Assembly (NCBI RefSeq): GCF_006345805.1
Contig: NC_043005.1
Location: 50,654,001-50,718,000 of the forward strand
Direction of reading: 5' to 3'
Length of the DNA stretch: 64,000 nt
Source of the DNA: Octopus sinensis
Taxonomy: Eukaryota
The stretch's first letter is position 1. Every line of letters begins with the position of its first letter. This document shows, in pieces, positions 55,278 to 64,000 of the stretch. A program made the translations under genes and the position numbers. Under the pieces are notes generated by a model that ran no database searches, had not been told where the DNA came from, and was given only the letters and a program-made list of their open reading frames with translations.

Positions 55278-55987
55278 TATCATTCTTTCAATTTTCGGAA
55301 AAAAAGTTAAATTTATATGTATGTCGGGGGTATATATCTTTTGTCGCTTCTGTGTAAACTATAACCTTGAAAAGAGAGATTAATAATGAATCCTATTAGA
55401 TATGGTTATCAAGAAGATATATAAACTTCTAAAATAACCGTATGGAACACAAAGCATTTATTTAAAATCAATATTTAAGCGAGGGATTAATGCCGGAATT
55501 AACAGCTATTCGTTTTCCGAATCCGATTGATTCTCAGGGCTCGCTGCTTATCACACACCACTTCCTGCAGCCATAACTGGATGCAGAGATAGTTCATACC
55601 CTGGATACGGCACTTGTTTATTGCTGGCAATTATTTTTTATTACTTCTCGAAGAAGTTGATGGAATGCAGCATTGATGTTAACGAAAATGTTTTTCAATC
55701 GTCCGGGGTTCAATAAAATCCGTACGATGTATGCCTTGAGGATTTATTCAATATTTAGGAATTCCTGATCATAAATCTATCGTAACTGACATAGAAATTA
55801 AGCCAAAACAAAAACAAAAAAGAAAAGATAAACATCTATTTAGACACTTGTTTTACAATAAAGGGATTCCTTTTTGATATCATCAGGCAAGTGACTTTTG
55901 CCAACGCCTAAGGTCGCCCAGGATTTGTAAATGAAATTGGCTTGAAGAAAACTAACTCTTCTCCACACACACTCTCTATCTTTCATC

Positions 55988-56072
<85 letters not shown>

Positions 56073-56216
56073 CTATACAATATGTTACATTACTCGGTAG
56101 TCAAGATAAAACTCTGAGTTTCAGATGCCGAAGTGGAAATCCACACCACTCTTCGGTTATCTGGCTATTTGAAAACGTTATGAAAAATAACCGTTAAATG
56201 AAGGGAAATTACTCTG

Positions 56217-58441
56217 TTATAACTCTGCTTTGCCTGCGTACTTATACATCTCGCTCGCATTTTTCGTCATAAAAATTATATAAAAATACATAAAAATATA
56301 TAAAAATATATAAAATCTTCTTGGGACATAACACAGAAAGCATGTTCTATCCGTTTTCTTTAGGGGACCAAAACATAACAGAAATTTAGTCACATGTGGG
56401 CATGATCCGAAAAGCTCTGTCCTTGTATTTAGACATGTGGTAGGGTCTAAGCTGCTTTTCCAGATAAGCCATCTCTCCATGTCGCATAAACCGCACCTTC
56501 CGCTGCCGTTAGTATAGGGCTTACATCTGGCCAAAATCTTCCATTGTATGTTATAATCGACACCTTTATCTCTTAAAGACCAAATATGATTGGATAATTG
56601 TGTCGCTTTTCTTTTGTTCCAGTGCCTAAAGCTCAAAGTGTGTGGTTATTGAACCTGGCCTTGAAATTACCCTCTGTCAGGCCCACGTATTTCTTCGTCG
56701 AAACGGTGTCTTAGTGGTTATAGAGTTTACGGTAGCTTCATATATGATGGTCTTGGACATGCAAGCTCCATTTAGCGGGCACAATTCTTTATTCCTCCTG
56801 CATGAACAGCTGTTTTCTTCTTCTGTGTTTTTTGTATGTTATGATTGATTATGTTTTTAAAATTGGTAGTTGAACTAAAACTAATTTTAAATTGTGTCTA
56901 TTAAAGAGTTTCCTATAAGCATGGTTAACTGGAAAATGTCTATCTATCAGTGCTAGGAAATATTTACCTATATTGAAGGCCACCTCGGGCGTAAACCAGA
57001 TGACCTTCCTATTTCTATTATTCCTTTTCCTTATTTTGGGCTGGTGATAGGTGTATATTTTATTTTTTCGCTAAAACCCACTATCTTTTAAGCTTATTAT
57101 AAACTGGGGCAACGCTATTGAAGATGTCCTCATTAGATGAGAGGCTAGAAATCCTCTACTAATATTTTTAACTAAATTTTTGAATACTATAGGGGGATGG
57201 CATGAACCTACATTAATATAACTTAGTCTATCATTGGGCTTCCTATAAGGCTTATAATATTATTATTAAGATCTAAGGAAACGTCTAAGAAATTGACAAC
57301 CGTCAGGTTAGTGTCTATAGTTATACTAAGTCCGAAGTGTTTCATTAACTGGATAATATCCTTCCTTCCTAAACGATCTTGTGCTGGTCCATTTGTATTA
57401 GCTGTTAAGGCGAGGGCATCATCTTTGTAGATGGCGAAATGTACGTTAGGGAATGTCCTACCGAAGGTATCTAGGAGAAAGAGTCCAATTAGATCACAGA
57501 TGCCTGCCCCATCATATGAACCCATGCTCACATCGAAAGCGCCCTCCGTGTCGGTGTTTTTTACCCACTTTGCATTCTCACTGAAAAGTAATGTCTTTCT
57601 AGCATGGAAGATTATATCCTTATCATTGGTACTAATTTTCTATGAAGTCACTAGCGAAGATTAGGGCTTTATCTAGCAGTTCTTTAGAGATAGAGGCATA
57701 AAAATCAACAATATCGAATTGTGTAAACCTCGCTTTTTTCTTATTCTTATAGCTTTAACCACCTAAACTACGACTTCTATACTATTGGACCATTGCACTA
57801 GCCTAGTATCGGTCTTAATTTTCGTATTTATTTTATCTAAAATTTTTTCTTTGCTAATAATCCCTAGTTCTGACTTGGCTGGGTTGATAAGCCTACATTT
57901 AGGGTTGGAAAGGAAGTTTTCTTTGTGGTCTTTAATAGTAATAAAGGCCTCTTTTTGGGGGAGGGTTTCTATTTTTTTATCTAATTTAAGTTTAGCGGCG
58001 ATGACGCTAGCTTCTTTATTAATTTCGTTATATGTCTGTGCCCTAGCCTTAGTATAATTATTAATGATGCTGTTGTGTAAGAGTTGTGTGTATTTGCTGT
58101 ATCTACCAGGTATAAGTTCTTGGTTTTATCCGAAAAAAGTGCTTTTTTCTTGGAGCTTTTTATATGATCAATATCTTTTTTCATTTATGTTGGAAATTGT
58201 TAAAAGACTTACGAAACTTTATTTTGCTCATGATCTTCAGCAGGTCCGCTTCGAAATCTTCCAAGCCTTTATCCTAGGAGGGAATTTTTTGGATTTTATC
58301 CGATAGCAAATGTTTTCCTTGGTGTTCGCTTCTGTGTCAAAAAGAAAGCCTTCCATCTCATACGCTTAATTACATCAGTAATTTTTTGCAGAAAGTTTTC
58401 TTAGAGTAAAAATCCTTTGATGGGATCGGTATATTTTTCAT
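56217..58441 (-). pseudogene. PLE RT/GIY-YIG polyprotein, frameshifted in this assembly
   Basis: MKNIPIPS..IKRMRWKAFFF; FDVSMGSYDGAGICDLIGLF; YKDD; VNFLDVSLDL; CSCRNKELCPLNGAC; IIYEATV..YVGLTEG; CGLC..SCPH. Confidence 0.9.
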
Positions 58442-58918
58442 AGAATAATCTATGTGATATGCGTCCTATTAGATAGATTTGTTTGTTGTGAGAGTCCTCA
58501 ACCGATGTTAGGCGATAATCCCAAAAAGGTCGTATTAGCTCTTAGTTGAGAATAACGTCGTCCGGGAGGTGATTTATTGATAAAACGGTAAATAACAAAA
58601 GAAAGAAAGAGACCTCAATATTTGTAAACAGAGGAAATTTATCTCTACAATATGTTACATTACTCGGTAGTCAAGATAAAACTCTGAGTTTCAGATGCCG
58701 AAGTGGAAATCCACAACACCATCTCTTCGGTTATCTGGCTATTTGAAAACGTTATGAAAAAATACCGTTAAAAATGAAGGGAAATTACTCTGTTATAACT
58801 CTGCTTTGCCTGCGTACTTATACATCGCTCGCATTTTTCGTCATAAAAATTATATAAAAATACATAAAAATATAATAAAAATATATAAAAATATATAAAA
58901 TCTTCTTGGACAATACCA

Positions 58919-60098
58919 CAAATATTAGTAAGAGGATTTAGGATTCTAGCCTCTCATCTAATGAGGACATCTTCAATAGCGGTTGCCCCAGTTTATAATA
59001 AAGCTTTAAAGATAGTGGTTTTAGCGAAAAAATAAAATATACACCATCACCAGCCCAACAATAAGGAAAAGGAATAATAGAAATAGGAAGGTCATCTGGT
59101 TTACGCCCCCTTACTCACCCGAGGTGGCCTTCAATATAGGTAAATATTTCCTACTGAAGATAGACATTTTCCAGTTAACCATGTTATAGGAAACTCTTTA
59201 ATAGACACAATTTAAAAATTAGTTTTAGTTCAACTACCAATTTTTAAAACATAATCAATCATAACATACAAAAAACACAAGAAGAACAGCTGTTCATGCA
59301 GGAATAAAGAATTGTGCCCGCTAAATGGAGCTTGCATGTCCAAGACCATCATATATGAAGCTACCGTAAACTCTATAACCACTAAGACACCGTTTCGACG
59401 AAGAAATACGTGGGCCTGACAGAGGGTAATTTCAAGGCCAGGTTCAATAACCACACTTTGAGCTTTAGGCACTGGAACAAAAGAAAAGCGACACAATTAT
59501 CCAATCATATTTGGTCTTTAAGATAAAGGTGTCGATTATAACATACAATGGAAGATTTTGGCCAGATGTAAGCCCTATACTAACGGCAGCGGAAGGTGCG
59601 GTTTATGCGACATGGAGAGATGGCTTATCTGGAAAAGCAGCTTAGACCCTACCACATGTCTAAATAAAGGACAGAGCTTTTCGGATCATGCCCACATGTG
59701 ACTAAATTTCTGTTATGTTTTTTGTCCCCTAAAGAAAACGGATAGAACATGCTTTCTGTGTTATGTCCCAAGAAGATTTTTATATATTTTTATATATTTT
59801 TATATATTTTTTATGTATTTTTATATAATTTTTATGACGAAAAATGCGAGCGATGTTAAGTACGCAGGCAAAGCAAGTTATAACAGAGTAATTTCCCCTT
59901 CATTTTTAACGTATTTTTTCATAACGTTTTTTCAAATAGCCAGATAACCGAAGAGATGGTGTTGTGGATTTCCACTTCGGCATCTGAAACTCAGAGTTTT
60001 ATCTTGACTACCGAGTAATGTAACATATTGTATAGATAAATTTCCTCTGTTTACATAATATTGAGGTCTCTTTCTTTCTTTTGTTATCTTACCGTTTT

Positions 60099-60102
<4 letters not shown>
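58919..60102 (+). mobile_element. Inverted 5'-truncated PLE copy (thumb, linker, GIY-YIG, pLTR)
   Basis: Reverse-complement identity with the left arm; retains WFTPPYSPEVA. Confidence 0.93.
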
Positions 60103-60158
<56 letters not shown>

Positions 60159-60264
60159 TGCAGGTAGGCTGTCTAAAGCCTTGTGAGTGGATTTCGTCAA
60201 CGGAAACTGAAAGAAGACAATTGTGTACCCATCCATCCATCTATCTATATATCTATCTATCTTC

Positions 60265-60317
<53 letters not shown>

Positions 60318-60843
60318 GATCTATCATTCTAGTCTGTCGGTTTATCTTTTCCTCTATCTCTCTATTTCTGTGCAGCCTCTTCGTCTGCCTTTCTCTCCCT
60401 CCCTCTTTCTCCCCTATCTTCCTACACCTCCTTCCCTCTTTCTCTCCTATCTTCCTCCCACCTCCCTTCCTCCATTCTTCCCTGTCCGTTTATCTACTGT
60501 GAAGCTTGATTTATGAGAAAACTCCATGTAAAGAGAAATAATCATATGGCGTCATAATTACATTAATGAATCAACTAGTATTACATACAGGGAAGACTAA
60601 AACGCTGGAGAATCATCTGGCATTTCGAAAAAGTCGGGGCTCTCACATAGAGTTTCAGATAGGATGGTTTTTCATACACACACACTCACACTTACACACA
60701 AGCACATACACATGCACATACTCACGCACGCACGTGTGCGCACAAATACACATATTATACATATATACATATATATATAATATATATATAATAATATATA
60801 TATATTATATATATATATATTATATATAATACATGTATATGTA

Positions 60844-61595
60844 TATTAGGTCGTCAAGTTGAAATTTGTAGAAAAGAAAAAACTTGCCAATGTTTTATAA
60901 ATACAAGGAATAGTTTCATCCATCAAAGTATGCACCCCTATTGTCAACACCCTTTTGCCATTTCAGCGGTAGCTTGTCAGCCCGGAACTGTAAAAGCCTG
61001 GCAATCTAGAGTCAATAAAATCTTGGTAGACCTGTTTTACAGCATCGTCGGAATTAAAGTTTTCCTATCAAGAACTTATCCAAATTCTGGAAGAAGTGGT
61101 AGTCAGTGGGGGTAAAATCAAGTGAGTATGGTGGATGATGGAGAATTTCCAACTCCAACTCCTGTAATTTCGCCAATGTCATTTTTGCGATGCGTGGTCT
61201 GGCGTTGTCTTGCAATAAAATAGGAGTGGATCTGCTGACTAATCTAGGCTGGGTTTTGTTTTGTTTTTTTTTGTAAGTTTCTGCATCATTTGGTCCAGTT
61301 GGCTGCAGTATACTTCAGCAGTGATTGATGATCCAGGTTTAATGAAATCATAATGGATCACACCCGCGCCAGACCAACAGACACACACCATCAGTTTCTT
61401 TTGATGAATTTTGCTGTTTGTACTGTGTTTTGGTGGCTCGTTTTCGTCCAACAATTATGTTGAATGTTTACGGTTGTTGTATTGGATCCATTTCTCATCA
61501 CATGTTACAATTCGATTCAAAAATGATTCATTTTTGTGATGAGAAAGTAGCATAATGCAGGCTTCAAAATGTTGCTGTTTCTGATTTTCATAACG
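60844..61595 (-). mobile_element. Mariner (DD34D) transposase remnant with one TIR
   Basis: RIVTCDEKW..KKLMVCVCW..LLQDNARP..HPPYSLDFTPTDYHFF; 34 residues between the 2nd and 3rd Asp; TATTAGGT terminus at 60844. Confidence 0.9.
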
Positions 61596-62710
61596 AGAAA
61601 GAGAGTGTAAAGGAGAAAGAGGGAGAAGGAAAGACAGAAAGAGAGCCAAACAGATAGAAAACGGTGTCGGGGAGTAAAAAGGAATTAGAGAAAGGATGAG
61701 AGAGAAAACGACAGGGAGAGAGAACAGTAAAGAATTGCATCAAAAATATTATGATATACTTACTTGGAAATGGATGCATGGCATTCAATCAAATAATAAT
61801 ATAAATAATATATATATAATAATATAAATAATATATATATATATATAAATAATATATATATATATATATAAAGAAAAGCGGTGGTGTCCCAGCATGGCCG
61901 CGGCCTTCGGGCTAAAACATTTTAAAGGATTTTTAAGGATATATATATATATACTTATATATATGCATATATACATATGTGTACATACACACACATATAT
62001 GTATGTATATGTATATATGCATATACATTATTTATATTATTATTTGATTGAACGCCACGCATCCATTTCCAAGTAAGTTTATCTTAATATTTTTGATGCG
62101 ACTCTACTCTTTACCGTTCTCTCTCCCCCTATCGTTTTCTTTCTCATCCTTTCTCTACTTCCTTTTTCTCTCCCTTCACCGTTTTCTATCTGTCTCTCTA
62201 TCCCTCTTTCTTCTTTACTCTCTCTTTCTCTCTCTCGTTGCTCACACGTGACCATCGTCCATCTTTCTTTTCCTCCCGTGATCATCTTTCTTTTCCCTCA
62301 GTGCTGTCTTAGAGACTGCGCGCATCCTATCTGTCTCTCCTATCTTTTCTCTTGTCAAAGACAAAATTTCTCCAGCGTTTGCTACTCTGCCTTGTCTGGT
62401 CTATCGACCCTCCATGTTCGTTTTCGTTCGGTTTCCTTGTATGTCTCCAATGTTCTGTTTTTGTTACTAACTTTGACCCTCTGCAAAACCCAAATTTTAC
62501 TTTTGTTTTTGCGAGCCCAACTGCTTTGAAGTCTCATATTGTCGTTCAATGCTCGAAATGAGAAGTAGATGGACAGCTGACAACGGTTGAAGGGTCGTTC
62601 TTTATGTTACTTGTTCTGTTTTCCATTTGTTTCTCTCGTTGTTTGAGTACTCAAATCATTTGTTTTTGTATTTCATGTTTTTTACGGTTTGTGACGTCCT
62701 GTACTCATAT
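61596..62710. mobile_element. Family P1 inverted pair: 61596-61795 (-) and 62041-62710 (+)
   Basis: Both begin TATTTGATTGAA(C/T)GCCA(C/T)GCATCCATTTCCAAGTAAG and point away from a (TA)-rich spacer. Confidence 0.75.
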
Positions 62711-62767
62711 GTATGTATATATGCATATATATGTGTGTGTGTGTGTGTTTGTGTGCGCGCGCGTGTA

Positions 62768-62925
62768 TGGAGAATTCACAAACAAAACAAAAGACGAAGA
62801 AAGGTGGTGTAGAAAACAAATTGTTGTATTAGTTCAACGCTCGGTAAGTGAAATAGTCTTTATTGTTTCGAGCCTACGCTCTTCCACAGAAAGTAAGACA
62901 GAAAGAAACAAGGAGAGAAAATAAA
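62768..62925 (-). mobile_element. P2-family pLTR fragment with decayed variant HHR (62858-62893)
   Basis: Colinear with the other P2 copies. Confidence 0.65.
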
Positions 62926-63024
62926 GCATGTGTAGTGGCTAGCGATCTAACATGGCGAGTTATATCCTCATTAGGGATTATATAATCCAAGGTATTCTAC
63001 TAGTAATCTACCTTAGTTCCATGA

Positions 63025-63140
63025 GCTCTGAAGAAGTCTTACCACCTCATAGTTAGAATATGATACCTACCTTAGCATTTAACAAAAATGCTCCGAAATT
63101 CTGATTAACTAGGTGATAGGACTGAAACATATATGTAGGT
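63025..63140 (+). ncRNA. Candidate type I hammerhead with a 77-nt stem II insert
   Basis: GCT-CTGAAGA-AGTCTT..AGGACT-GAAAC-ATATAT-GT-A-GGT; stem III palindrome ACATATATGT; weak 3-bp stem I. Confidence 0.55.
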
Positions 63141-63284
63141 ACCTTCATCTCATTGTCTGAGCTTTACAACTCGTAATCAATTTATTTGTACTGTCATGTC
63201 TTTTAAAAGAAATTTTCATTTTATAACATACAAATAAATTATTCATTCATACATTATTTCTTATTAGCCCAATATTGCTTCTAT

Positions 63285-63331
63285 ATATACATATATAAAT
63301 ACATACATACATATATATATATATACATACA

Positions 63332-63365
<34 letters not shown>

Positions 63366-63525
63366 CATACATACATATATATATACATACATACCTACAT
63401 ACATATATACATACATACATACCTACATACATATATACATACATACATATATACATACATACATATATACATACATACATATATACATACATATATACAT
63501 ACATACATATATACATATATATATA
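63285..63525. repeat. (TACA)n/(TA)n array
   Basis: Direct reading. Confidence 0.95.
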
Positions 63526-63613
63526 CTGAGCGCCATACTAATACAATTGTTCGTTTGTTTTCCACCTGCCTTCGTCTTTTGTTTATTTTCATAAAGCTTC
63601 CCGTTATATATAT

Positions 63614-63663
<50 letters not shown>

Positions 63664-64000
63664 ATACTTACACATATAAGCATATTCTTATATAAACACG
63701 CATGGATATGCACGAGTGCAAACACAGATATTTCTATTTGTATAGATTTATCTATCATAGAGACACACACGCACATATGCTTATAGGATATTTATGCACG
63801 CAAACATTCATACATAGATGTGCGCCGAATATGCTGATTAACTCACTCGTATACGCTCGCAAAACACATACACATATAACGCCAGCATGTATATACATGC
63901 ATGTATATCAATGTAATCCATATTTATATTCAGATACATATTCTATTTTCATATACATATTGATGGTTACAGGATCACACTCGCGTGCTTCATGCTCACA

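Larger units (their letters stand above)
56071..60102 (-). mobile_element. Near full-length PLE with direct pLTR and inverted 3' duplicate, inserted in (TA)n
   Basis: pLTR copies at ~56071-56330 and ~58645-58912 (minus); inverted arm 58919-60102 is the reverse complement of 56071-57166 plus a leader extension. Confidence 0.93.

Noticed and set aside
55530-55720. Open frame LAAYHTPLPAAITGC.. after a TCAG
   Set aside because: Unrecognised and of a length expected by chance.
56217-58441. Selenocysteine recoding, as reported for some Naiad PLEs
   Set aside because: Domain order is RT then EN, not Naiad, and the disruptions are frameshifts rather than in-frame TGA at Cys positions.

Overview
Repeat-saturated, AT-rich animal DNA, most likely a coleoid cephalopod (Octopus-like; inferred from the tRNA-derived SINE families and extreme microsatellite load). 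I find no convincing host protein-coding exon; nearly all long ORFs in the supplied track are microsatellite read-throughs. Recognisable content: at least four SINE families, R4/Dong and RTE non-LTR remnants, DD34D mariner and DD37D maT remnants, a HINE-like Helitron derivative, and many Penelope-like element (PLE) pieces. One PLE is near full length (56071-60102: RT plus C-terminal GIY-YIG, a tandem pseudo-LTR and a ~1.1 kb inverted arm). The most striking signal, absent from the ORF track, is a set of type I hammerhead ribozyme (HHR) motifs: four with a complete canonical core, each with a different palindromic stem III (38018, 50384, 55231, 63025), a three-copy variant-core family (29817, 51670, 62858), and an atypical HHR-like fold in the pLTR of the long PLE. 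A 2 kb duplication flanking a 100-N gap is probably an assembly artefact. All folding was done by eye, repeat boundaries are approximate (often within 10-30 bp), and no database search was run.
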